Source of the DNA: Mesoplasma florum L1 | GTDB taxonomy: Bacteria > Bacillota_I > Bacilli_A > Mycoplasmatales > Mycoplasmataceae | DNA: 32,000 nucleotides | Assembly (NCBI RefSeq): GCF_000008305.1 | Contig: NC_006055.1 | Location: 570,001 to 602,000 of the forward strand | Direction of reading: 5' to 3' | Part shown: positions 9,490 to 19,160 of the stretch, piece after piece | Position numbering within the stretch: position 1 is the stretch's first letter | Layout: each line of letters starts with the position of its first letter | Translations under genes and position numbers: made by a program | Notes under the pieces: model-generated | What the model was told of the DNA's origin: nothing | Databases searched by the model: none | Seen by the model: the letters and a program-made list of their open reading frames with translations, nothing else

Positions 9490-9577
9490 GTGCTTTTTCT
9501 CCTCTTATTTGACTTGTCCGGGGTCTTATAAATGTAGTAAGCAAAAATATTATAATACATTTGTTTTAAAATTTAAA
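9490..9577 (-). promoter_or_regulatory. rplM-rpsI promoter plus ~55-nt leader with a GC-rich element (possible L13 autoregulatory leader)
   Basis: Minus strand has TTTAAA (9572-9577), 17 nt, TATAAT (9549-9554). The leader contains ...AAGACCCCGGACAAGUC..., an isolated GC-rich patch in AT-rich spacer. No covariance model was run. Confidence 0.3.
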
Positions 9578-9580
9578 TTC

Positions 9581-10147
9581 CTAAATGAAATTTTTTATAT
9601 ATAAAGGTAAAATTTCTTCAATTTCATCAACCAATCTAAAGTTTTTTTCTAATAAGTTAAATGTTTGAATATAATCTAAAGACTTATTATCTTCTTTAAT
9701 TAAAAAGTTAGAATAAGTTTTTTTAATATCATCTAATTCAGATAAGTTAACAACTGTTTCTTCTATTAAAGGTTTTTGGTTTTCATATACTCCAATATAG
9801 TATTTACTTCCTCTAGCATCTAATATTGAAATAGCTTGATCATTTGCTGCTTGAAATGCTAATGAATTTAATAAATAGACTTTAATTCTATTGTTTAAAG
9901 TTTTTAAAGTTTTAACAATTGTTAGCCCAACTCTAACACCAGTATAACTACCAGGACCATTAGTTAAATAAAATTCTTGAATATCATTAATTTTTAAATT
10001 ATTTTTACTTAATAACTTAGTGATAGTAGATAATGCTATATCACTAACCTTTTTAGTGTCAGACAATATTAGACTATCGATTATCTGATCATCTTTTTTT
10101 AGTATTAAAACTAATTTTCAATTACATGTATCTATAAATAATTTCAT
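9581..10147 (-). CDS. tsaB: tRNA t6A37 biosynthesis protein TsaB (YeaZ family), 188 aa
   Basis: ORF 9581-10066 extended through TGA to ATG 10145-10147. Translation is MKLFIDTCNWKLVLILKK...TNGPGSYTGVRVGLTIVKTL (YeaZ GPGSxTGxRxG motif). Immediately downstream of tsaE. Confidence 0.85.
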
Positions 10148-10148
10148 C

Positions 10149-10568
10149 CTAATAATTTCTTTCTATTTTAATTTCTCTAGTAGTTTCATCAATTGCTAAT
10201 ATTTCAATTTTTATATTTTTAAATTCATTAAAGTCATAATTTAAATTTGTTCATCATTCAATGATATTAATATTGTTATCAAATTCTTCTAAGAACATTT
10301 CAATATTTGATTGTTCATCTAGTCTATATGCATCCATATGATTTATGACTAGGTTATTTGTAGTTTCATATTGATTCAAAATATTAAAAGTTGGGGATGT
10401 TACATTTTCTTCAACTCCCAATGATTTAATTAATTGCTTTGTTAAAGTTGTTTTACCTGCACCAAGATCACCTGTTAATAATAAATAAACTTCACCCTTA
10501 ACGCTTTTTAGTTCATCAGCGATTTTAATGGCTAATTCTCTAGTTTCATTAATGCTTTTGATAATCAT
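10149..10568 (-). CDS. tsaE: tRNA t6A37 biosynthesis ATPase TsaE (YjeE family), 139 aa
   Basis: P-loop TGDLGAGKTTLTK. ORF 10254-10586 runs on through two consecutive TGA codons (EWW) to TAG 10149-10151. Preferred start is ATG 10566-10568, 6 nt after the SD AAAGAGGTGA. The ATG at 10584-10586 is an alternative. Confidence 0.85.
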
Positions 10569-10599
10569 TAAAATCACCTCTTTCATTATTAGATTATAT

Positions 10600-10622
10600 A
10601 AAAAAATACCTATTAAAGGTAT
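10600..10622 (-). terminator. rho-independent terminator after mgtA
   Basis: ATACCT-ATTAA-AGGTAT hairpin (10606-10622) abutting the stop, with an A-run 10600-10605 on +. Confidence 0.6.
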
Positions 10623-13283
10623 TTATAATCATTCTTTAAATTTTTTGATGTATAGTTTTTTAACTAATTGTGCTAGAACTATATAAGTTCCAACAAATCC
10701 CAATGCTACAAATATAAATGATCAGTGTGGTGTTGACATTTGAACCAATTGATTAATTGGTGTAAATGGAATCAATATAGCAGCTAAACAAATCACAATA
10801 GTTGCTATTAACATTGACATTGAACATTTAGATTGTATAAATGGTGTTTTTTCAGTTCTATACACTTGCATTACAGCTGTTTGAGTCATTAATCCAACAA
10901 CAAATCAAGAAGCGTGGAATTGCATTGCATTAGTGCTTCCTTCAGGCACACTTCCTTGGAATGGCACTAATTTGTATCCGAATATTAAAACTAAGAATGT
11001 TGAAATATCAAATATAGAACTTATAGGTCCATTTATAACTGCAAACCATATTATATTTTTGGTTGTAAATGGTCTAGGTTTTTGTAAAAACTCTTCATCT
11101 ACATTATCAAAAACTAAAGCAAACATTACAAAGTCATATAATAAGTTTTGTAATAATAGATGTAATGCTAACATTGGCTCTTCTTTTGTTAAGAACAATG
11201 CAACAATAACAGATATAACGTTACCAAAGTTTGATGCAACTGTTACTTTAATGTATTTAAGCATATTAGCCAAACTCTTACGTCCTTCAATAACAGCATT
11301 TTCAATAGCCATTAATGATTCACTTGTTAAGATCATATCAGCTGCATCTTGAGCAATATTTGATGCTTCACTAAATGAAATAGCTACATCAGATTCTCTA
11401 AGAACTGGAGCATCATTAATTCCATCTCCCATGAAACCAACTACATGCCCTTGCGCTTGTAATGCTGCAATAATTGTTGATTTATGAATTGGTGATAATT
11501 TTACGAATACATTAGCTTCAACAACAGCTTTGTGTAATTGTCTATCATCCATAGCTTCAATTTCTGCACCAGAAAATAGTTTAGTAATTTCAAAATCAAC
11601 ATTTTTACAGATTGCTCTTGTAATAATTTCATTATCACCAGTAAGAACTTTTGTTGATATTCCTTTTGATGCTAAATTTTTAATTAATTTTTTTGAAGTT
11701 TTTTTAGGTTTATCAAAGAAAGTACCAAATCCATAAAAAATTAGTTCTTCTTCAACGTCTTCATCTTGTAAAACATTATGAGCTATACCAATTACTCGGT
11801 AACCATCAATGTTTAATTCATGAGTTTTTTTCAAAATCATTTTCTTTAGCTTAGCGTCTAATTTTTCTATTTTTCCATTAATAGAAATTCTATTACATAC
11901 TTTTAAAACTTCTTCTACTGCACCTTTTGTAAAAATTTCTTTATCTTTTTTACTAGTTAAAATTACAGATAAGATTTTTCTTTCAAAGTCAAAAGGTATT
12001 TCTCATTCTTTTGTATAATCATCTACATCAGGTTTTTTAATTTTTGATGACAAAACAGCACTATCAATAGGATTTTGGAATCCTGATTGGAAATAACTAT
12101 TTAGATATAAAACATTTTCTAAGAATTCTGATTTTTCACCATTAACTCCAGTTACTTTATCTAAACTAATTTCACCACTTGTAATAGTTCCTGTTTTATC
12201 TGTACATAAAATATCAATAGCACCTATGTTTTGTACTGAATTTAAATTTTTAACAATCATTTCACCATTTTTTTCAATTTGTTTGTAACCTCTTGTTAAG
12301 TTTGAAGTTACAATAATTGGTAACATTTCTGGTGTTATACCTACAGCAATAGCTATAGTAAACATTGCGCCCTTAACTCAATCTCCTTGTTGTAAACCTG
12401 AGATTAATAAAACAACAGGAATTACAGCAATCATAAATGCAATTAGGTATAATGTAATTCTTTTAATTCCTTTTTCAAATGAAGAACTTTTTCTTTTTTC
12501 TTTAACTTTGTTATCAATTAATGAGAAATAAGTTTTTTGCCCTGTAGCAACTACAATTGCTAATCCACTACCTGACATAACTTCTGTTCCCATATAACCA
12601 ATGTTTTCATAACTTAAATGAGATTCGAATTCTTTATCATGTGAATCTTTTTTTTGTACTGGGAAACTTTCACCAGTTAAAGATGATTGGTTAACATATA
12701 AATTATTTGATCAAATAATTCTAACATCAGCTGGAATAATATCTCCATTCACTAAATAGATAACATCTCCTGGAACTAACTCATCATTTTCAATAACTTC
12801 AGCTTCTTTAATCATTCTAATTGAATTAGCGTTATCTACTGATTTATAGTTGTATGAAATATTTCTTATGACTTTTGATGTTTTTTTATTCTCAGTTATC
12901 ATTCTTTTAATAACTAAATGAGATCTGATTTCTTGAATGAATGCCATTGTTCCACTAGCTAATATCATAATTAGCACAATAACAGCAGCCACTAGTGAAA
13001 ATGTATTTGGATCACTAACATACTCATAAAAGTTAAATGCATCGATCGCCATTAAAATAATATTAAATGGTGAAAAAAATGATTTAACAAATACAAGAAA
13101 AACATTAAATCTTGCTGGTTTTAATTCTTTACCACCAAATTTTTCTCTATTTACTTCAACTTGTTCATCGTTTAAACCAAAACTATTTACTTCAAATTGT
13201 TTTAGTAATTTATTATTATCAGAGTCTACATAATTGATTAATTCAATTTTTGTATTATTGTTTAATTTCTTTAGTTTTTTCAT
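10623..13283 (-). CDS. mgtA: P-type Mg2+-transporting ATPase (MgtA type), 886 aa
   Basis: Four ORF fragments (10905-11840, 12003-12365, 12378-12593, 12711-13283) share one frame and are separated only by TGA. I checked the gaps codon by codon. Motifs seen: TGESFPV, CTDKTGTIT (phosphorylation site), MGDGINDAP hinge. The N-terminus (...LNDEQVEVNREKFGGKEL) is typical of MgtA/MgtB. Confidence 0.9.
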
Positions 13284-13437
13284 AAATTATCCTTTTCTAT
13301 GAATGCCTAAATACTAAAATTTTAACGATTAAAAAATAGTGATTTAAAAGCACTCTCAATAAAATTTAATCCTTTAAATAAACCCTGGGATGGAATACTC
13401 ATAAAATCACCTCTTTCATTTCTTATAGATTATAGCA
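13284..13437 (-). promoter_or_regulatory. mgtA promoter and ~135-nt leader
   Basis: Extended -10 TGCTATAAT (rc of 13429-13437), then a leader carrying a strong SD plus a short ORF before the mgtA ATG at 13281-13283. Confidence 0.5.
13322..13402 (-). CDS. candidate 26-codon leader peptide ORF in the mgtA 5' leader
   Basis: AAAGAGGTGATTTT-ATG at 13400-13402. Translation is MSIPSQGLFKGLNFIESAFKSLFFNR, stop TAA 13322-13324, 38 nt before the mgtA start. No homology support. Confidence 0.3.
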   Translation of the reverse strand: MSIPSQGLFKGLNFIESAFKSLFFNR

Positions 13438-13478
13438 TAAAAAGTAAAATCCATAAAATATGAATTTATTATAGACAT

Positions 13479-13516
13479 CAAAAAAAACATCAAGCCTTAG
13501 TTTTAGTTTGATGTTT
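13479..13516 (-). terminator. rho-independent terminator after the ROK kinase gene (end of the tre operon)
   Basis: AAACATCAA (13485-13493) / TTGATGTTT (13508-13516) stem, followed on the minus strand by TTTTTTTT. Confidence 0.6.
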
Positions 13517-13523
13517 CTTCTTA

Positions 13524-14462
13524 TTATTTAATATTTTCTACAGCTCAGTAATAAGCTCCTCAAATTCCTGCGTCATTACCAAGTTTAGCTATTTCTATAA
13601 CCATATCTTCATAAAATGATTTTAAAGTATATTTTTTTAAATTTTCGAAAATTATTTCAGATATTCTTTCGCCTAAATTTGAAGGGCCACCTCCAATTAT
13701 TACTTTATCAACGTCTAAAACAGTTTGTAAATATCCAATAGCTTTAGATAAAGGCATTAAGCACTCTTTGAAAATGTTTATAATAACAGGATCTTCGTTA
13801 TTAAACAATTCAACAATATCAATAATTTTTATTGTCTTAAATTCTTTTCCAAATTTTGATTCAATGTAATTCTTGTTATCAGTTTTATTAAGTTCACGCT
13901 CTATACCTGTAGCACTACTTTTTGCTTCTAAACAACCATAAACACCACATGAGCAAAGTAATTCTTCATCAGCGAAACAACCACCATGGCCACCTTCACT
14001 TGCGTATCCTTTTTTAGTTCCTTCTCAAATTTGTTTATTTAAAATTAAACCATGACCAACTCCAGTTCCTAAAGTGAACAGCATCATAGATTCTGGTATA
14101 CCATCTTGACCTTTTTTTCATTCACCATAAGTTGCAGCATTGGCATCATTTAAAATAAATATTTTTTCAAAATTGAATATTCTTCTTGCTTCTTTTAAAA
14201 GAGGATAATTTCATCAATTTAAATTACCTGCAAAAACAATAATTTCAGTTTTTTTATCGTATGCGCCAGGCACAGAAAAAGATATTGCTTCAATATTTTC
14301 TCATTTATAGCCATTTTCTTTAAAATAAATATCTATCATTTTCTTTAAATTTTCAATTATTTCAAATTTTGGTGTTTCAACAAAAAACTTACTTTTTATT
14401 TCGAAGTTTTCAATAAGTGCGCATTTAGCTGAATTTCCACCTAAATCAATATTTAGTATCAT
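13524..14462 (-). CDS. glcK: ROK family sugar kinase, probable glucokinase (312 aa)
   Basis: ATG 14460-14462, TAA 13524-13526. N-terminal MILNIDLGGNSAKCAL (ATP-binding DxGG), ROK zinc motif CSCGVYGCLEA, and GGGPSNLG near the C-terminus. Contains several in-frame TGA. Confidence 0.85.
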
Positions 14463-14478
14463 TTTATTTCTCCTAATT

Positions 14479-14832
14479 TTATAATATGTGTCTTGTACTT
14501 AAATAAATTTTTCTATATGTGTAAATTCCATACAGGAAAGCAAAAATATTTAGTGTTAATAGCTCAAATATTATTAAAATAAACATTGTTTTCATTGATT
14601 TTTCATTTAAATAACTTCCATATATATCAATCTTATATATAGCTTGTCAGCAGTACAATGCACTTACTATAGTTTGGATAAAAACTATACAAGGTAATAT
14701 TCATCAAAAAGGAAACTGTTTTACAACCCCAATATAAATACAACTAATTATAAAAAGTAAAGTTGAAACAATGAAAACTGCAATACTTGAATTAAGCGAA
14801 AATCTTGCCTTTTCACGATCATTATATCTCAT
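14479..14832 (-). CDS. small polytopic membrane protein (117 aa), unknown function, embedded in the tre operon
   Basis: ATG 14830-14832, TAA 14479-14481. Translation is MRYNDREKARFSLNSSIAVFIVSTLLFIISCIYIGVVKQFPFWWILPCIVFIQTIVSALYCWQAIY...MFILIIFELLTLNIFAFLYGIYTY. Missing from the ORF track because of TGA codons. Confidence 0.55.
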
Positions 14833-14837
14833 TGTTT

Positions 14838-16457
14838 TTATTTCCTTTCGATTGCTATTACTTGATAAGGTTTTAAAGAATCAAAACTAAAATCTTCATA
14901 ATTATTTAAAATTATTTTTCAATTATTGCTATCTAGTTTTAATTTTATCAATTTATTTTCAGTTGTTCAGTTTGTTAATATAATTATTTCTTTATCTTTT
15001 AATTTTCTACAATATGCATAATCCTGATTTTCAAAAAAGCTAATTGTTCCATCATTAAATACTTCTTCATTTAATCTTAAATTAATTACTTTTTTGTAAA
15101 AATTTAAAACAGATTTATCATCATTTAATTGGTTTTTAACATTGATTGTTTTGTAATTTTTATTAACAAATAAATCTATATTTTCTTTTTCTGAAAATCC
15201 AGCATTGAATTCATCATTTCATTGCATCACACTTCTTGCATTGTCTCTTGATTTAATTCTTAAAATATCAAGTACTTCTTCTTCTGATTTTATTTTTAAT
15301 AAATCATTAGCATTTCCAATTGATTCAACATCTTTAAATTCATTAAGGTTATTAAAAGTTAAATTTGTCATACCAATTTCTTCGCCTTGATAAATGAATG
15401 GAACTCCACGCATTAATGAAGTAAATGCAAAAATAGAAGTTGCACTTTCATATCAATATTTATCTACATTTCCAAATCTTGAAACAGCTCTTGGTTGATC
15501 ATGATTATTCATAAATAAAGCTAAAGTAGAATTTTCTAATTGATAATATTCTTGTCATTCTTTTTGTAATTTTCAAAACAAGTTTAAATCAGGTTTAACA
15601 TTTGTTCATTTGTCATTATTTTCATAATCAACTTTTAGATGTAAGAATGTAAAAACTGAATCAAGCTCTTTATTTTCTACCTTAGCATATTTAGCTGATT
15701 TTTCTTTAGTTGTTGATGAAACTTCACCAACTGTAAATATTTCATTATCAGTTCCAAAAACTTCATTATGCATCAAGTTAAAATACTCTTCAACTTTTAC
15801 TCCATCTGTATAGAATCTTCGCCCATCCCCAATTTCATCATTTTCAAATAATGTGGGTTTGCTATAAAGATTACAAACATCAAGTCTGAAACCACTAATA
15901 CCTTTATCTTTTCAAAACTTTAATATATTAATTAGTTCATTTCTAACTTCTGGATTTTCTCAATTTAAATCTGGTTGTTCTTTTGTAAATAAATGTAAAT
16001 AGTATTTATTTAGATTAGGTACAAATTCTCAACTTAAACCACCCATTTTACTTTTTCAATTAGTTGGCTCTTTACCATCGACTGGATCTTTAAAAATATA
16101 ATAATTCATATATTTTTCATCACCAGCTAAAGCTTTTTTAAATCATTCGTGTTGGTCAGAAGTATGATTGAAAACTATATCTAAAACAATTGTTAAATCT
16201 CTTTTCTTTGCTTCAGATATAAGAATTTCCACTTCTTCCATAGTACCAAATTCTTCATTTATTCCACAATAATCTGAAACATCATAACCACTATCTTTAA
16301 AAGGTGATTTTGTAAAGGGAGATATTCATATTCTAGTTATGCCTAAACTTTTTAAATAATCTAATTTATTTATTATACCTTTGATATTTCCTTTACCTTT
16401 TTTCTTACCATCAGAAAAAGTTAAAGGGAATATCTGATAAATTACTTCATTTCTCAT
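14838..16457 (-). CDS. treA: GH13 alpha-glucosidase, most likely trehalose-6-phosphate hydrolase (539 aa)
   Basis: ATG 16455-16457, TAA 14838-14840. GH13 signatures: VLDIVFNHTS, GFRLDVCNLY, TVGEV, FMNNHDQPR. The genomic link to PTS EIIBC supports a phospho-disaccharide substrate. Trehalose specificity is inferred, not proven. Confidence 0.85.
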
Positions 16458-16480
16458 TTTTTCCCTTTTTCTATTTAGTT

Positions 16481-16510
16481 TTATTTTAATATTATTTTAA
16501 TATTATTTTA
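16481..16510. repeat. 2.7 copies of an 11-nt tandem repeat (TTATTTTAATA) spanning the treB stop codon and the treB-treA spacer
   Basis: Read directly: ttattttaata ttattttaata ttatttta. Each unit reads TAAAAT on the minus strand, so an internal -10-like box is possible. Confidence 0.6.
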
Positions 16511-18062
16511 GTAATTCTGCTGCTTTTACTTCGATATTGAATTTTTCGAAATATTTAACTTTTGAGAATACCATTGTTAATCCTATTGAAACTGCTGCTG
16601 TTAATATCATTGATATCATAAATCATGTATAACCAGTTCCAATTCAAGTATTAACACCTTCAATTTTTGATTCAACTTGAACATTTAAAATTCCTAATCA
16701 CGCACCATTTCCTGAGTTAGTTGCACTAACACCTGAAATAACTGCTAATTCTAATCCTAAACCTGTTGCAATTGAAGCTGCTACAAATGGATACATATGT
16801 TTTAAGTTAACACCATACATTGCTGGTTCAGTAACTCCTAGATAAGCTGAAACAACTGATGGAATACCTACATCTTTTGCTCTTGGATCTTTTTTGTTAA
16901 CTAATATTCAACCAAGAACAGCACTTCCTTGAGCAATAGCTTGAGCACATGTTCCAATAAATAAGAAGTTTCCTCCATTTTGTATTGTGTCTTGTACAAA
17001 CACTGCATTAAATAAGTGGTGAACTCCTGTTAATACAATTGGTGCATACGCCATACCAATTATAAATCCGAAGAAGTATTTTGCAATGTTATTTGTAAAT
17101 GCTCATGAAATAGCAAAACTGATAACTGATGCAACTATAAATCCTGCAGGACCAATTACAAACATAGCTAATGTAAATGTTGGTAAAATTGTTACTAACG
17201 GAACAACAATTTGACTTACAACTGCTGGTGATGTTCTTTTAATTCATTTATTGATATAAGCACCAACAATACCAATAGCAAACGCAGGAATAACTTGCGC
17301 TGTATATTGAATTTTTCAAGGATATTTCATGAAACCTCAGTCAAAGGCTCCATCATCCATACCTGCCATAATTTGTCAGATTCATTTAAATCCACCATCT
17401 TGTGAAGCTTCACCAGAAACTTCATAAACGTTCATTAAAGGTGGAACTAATAAACATAGTCCAACAACAATTCCCATAACTTGGTCAGCTTCCATTTTTC
17501 TAAAAATACTTCAGCATAAATGAACTGGAAGTCATCAGAAACAAACTTGAGCTGGAATTCATAAGAAGTCATCAAGTCCTTGTCAGAATTGACCAGATTT
17601 AACAATTATAAAGCCATTAAAATCTGCTTCTAAAATATTTCTAAATCCTAGGATTATCCCACCTGCTACTAAAACAGGAATAATTGGAATAAATACTTCT
17701 CCTAAAAAGTTAAGTGATTTTAAGAATCACCCACCATTATTTTGGTTTGCGATGGCTTTAGCTTTTTCCTTAGAAACAGCTTCAACCCCTGAAACAGCTA
17801 CAAACTCTTTAAAGTATTTTTCAACTTCTGTTCCAATGATAATTTGATATTGACCAGAAGATTTAAAAGTACCTTTAACACTTGGCATTGTTTCAACTTT
17901 TGCTTTATTAATTAGATTTTCATCTTTAATAACAAGTCTTAGTCTTGTCAAACAGTGAGTTGCTGAAATAATATTTTCAGAACCACCAAGATATTCAACA
18001 AGTTCTTTTGATCAAGCTTTTAAATCAATCTTTACTTGTGGTAATTTTTCTTTTTTACCCAT
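16503..18062 (-). CDS. treB: PTS sugar transporter EIIBC component (trehalose/sucrose family), 519 aa, no EIIA domain
   Basis: ATG 18060-18062, TAA 16503-16505. EIIB active-site motif ATHCLTRLRL. A long multi-TM EIIC follows, with many in-frame TGA (…GGWFLKSLNFLGEVFIPIIPVLVAGG…). Confidence 0.9.
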
Positions 18063-18078
18063 AATCTTTGCCTTTCTA

Positions 18079-18094
18079 TTGGAAACATTTCCAA
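18079..18094. promoter_or_regulatory. LacI-family operator palindrome between the treB -10 box and its RBS
   Basis: TTGGAAA-CA-TTTCCAA is a perfect 7+7 inverted repeat. On the minus strand it lies just downstream of TATAAT (rc of 18102-18107) and upstream of AGAAAGG-N-ATG. Confidence 0.6.
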
Positions 18095-18124
18095 CACTAT
18101 TATTATATATAAAAAAATAAACTA

Positions 18125-19072
18125 TTAAATAATTTTGAAGAAATTTTCCATTTTCTTTTCTTTATTTAATAATTTATTCCCAATTTGATATCCTATTAAA
18201 AAGTAATCAATAAAGATATTTATGTCTGAATTAGTTAAATATTGACTTTTTCCCATTCTTCCAATATCAGTTGTAATAAAATTGTTTCTTATTTTATTTT
18301 CCATTAAATGACCATACACATACATTGATATAGTATGTGTTGCGCTTACTATAATTTTAGGATTATAGTCTTTTATTATTTTGTGAATAATTTCTTCAAC
18401 ATCTTCAAAAGAATTTTGTTTTAATAAGTAATTTTGAACTTTATTGTTTTTAATATTTTCTGTAAAAGATTCAGATCTATATTTTCCTGTTGTAATGTCT
18501 TCTTTGTTTAGACCAATAAATGCAACTTTTTCATTTTTATAGTCAGTTTCAATTTTTAAAGCTAGTTCTTTAAACATTTCTTTATCATCAATGTTAACAG
18601 ATTTAACTCCTTCAATATTTCTGTTATAAACAATTAAGTTAGTTGATTTTATATCTTGAATTTGTAGTATTAAATCTTTAGAAGTATGTTTGGGTAATAA
18701 TAAAACAATTCCAAACGGGTTTCTCATTGTTAAATATTTTAAATCTTTTTGATAAATTTCACTTTCAGATGATGAAAGAAAAATAAAGAAATTAATATTA
18801 TCAGCTGTTAATGAACTCTTGACACCATTAACAATTTCCATATTAGCTGTCTCATCGTTATTGTAAGGCAATATTAAATAAACATCTTTACTAGGCTTTT
18901 TAATATTAGATGCTGCAAAATTAGGGACATAGTCAGTTTCGTTTAAAACTTTATTGATTTTTGATTTAGCTTCTTCAGAAATATTGTAATCATTAAAATA
19001 TCTAGAAACAGTTCCTATTCCAACACCAGCTTTTTTAGCAATATCATGATAAGTCATTTTTGTTTTTTTCAT
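18125..19072 (-). CDS. treR: LacI family transcriptional regulator (315 aa), probable repressor of the adjacent PTS/hydrolase operon
   Basis: Intact ORF. N-terminal HTH is MTYHDIAKKAGVGIGTVSRYFN, followed by a periplasmic-binding-protein-like sugar-binding fold. Confidence 0.88.
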   Translation of the reverse strand: MKKTKMTYHDIAKKAGVGIGTVSRYFNDYNISEEAKSKINKVLNETDYVPNFAASNIKKPSKDVYLILPYNNDETANMEIVNGVKSSLTADNINFFIFLSSSESEIYQKDLKYLTMRNPFGIVLLLPKHTSKDLILQIQDIKSTNLIVYNRNIEGVKSVNIDDKEMFKELALKIETDYKNEKVAFIGLNKEDITTGKYRSESFTENIKNNKVQNYLLKQNSFEDVEEIIHKIIKDYNPKIIVSATHTISMYVYGHLMENKIRNNFITTDIGRMGKSQYLTNSDINIFIDYFLIGYQIGNKLLNKEKKMENFFKII

Positions 19073-19123
19073 ATAATCCCTTTTATTTGTTTTCTATAAA
19101 TTAATTATATTACTTTTAACAAA

Positions 19124-19148
19124 CAAAAAGAGTGCTTAATGGCACTCT
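19124..19148 (-). terminator. rho-independent terminator after gpmI
   Basis: AGAGTGC (19129-19135) / GCACTCT (19142-19148) hairpin, followed on the minus strand by TTTTTGTTTG. Confidence 0.65.
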
Positions 19149-19160
19149 AAATTTTATAAA

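Noticed and set aside
10569-10586. 18-nt exact repeat ATGAAAGAGGTGATTTTA (minus strand) upstream of tsaE and again at 13402-13419 in the mgtA leader, each preceded by a TATAATCTA-like -10 box
   Set aside because: Most of the identity is an extended Shine-Dalgarno (GAAAGAGGTGAT, complementary to the 16S rRNA 3' end) plus generic -10 sequence. It looks like convergent optimal expression signals rather than a mobile or duplicated element. It remains relevant only as evidence that the mgtA-leader sORF is well translated.
10623-13283. Apparent pseudogenisation of mgtA, and likewise of leuS, gpmI, treA, treB, the lipoprotein and potCD, into multiple ORF fragments
   Set aside because: All fragments of each gene share a frame and are separated only by TGA. 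I verified the gaps codon by codon for mgtA, the HAD gene, the lipoprotein, potCD and the orphan gene. These are intact genes under code 4.
13284-13523. M-box (Mg2+) riboswitch upstream of mgtA
   Set aside because: The leader is short and extremely AT-rich, and I see none of the multi-helix GC-containing M-box core. This was not checked with a covariance model, so the rejection is provisional.
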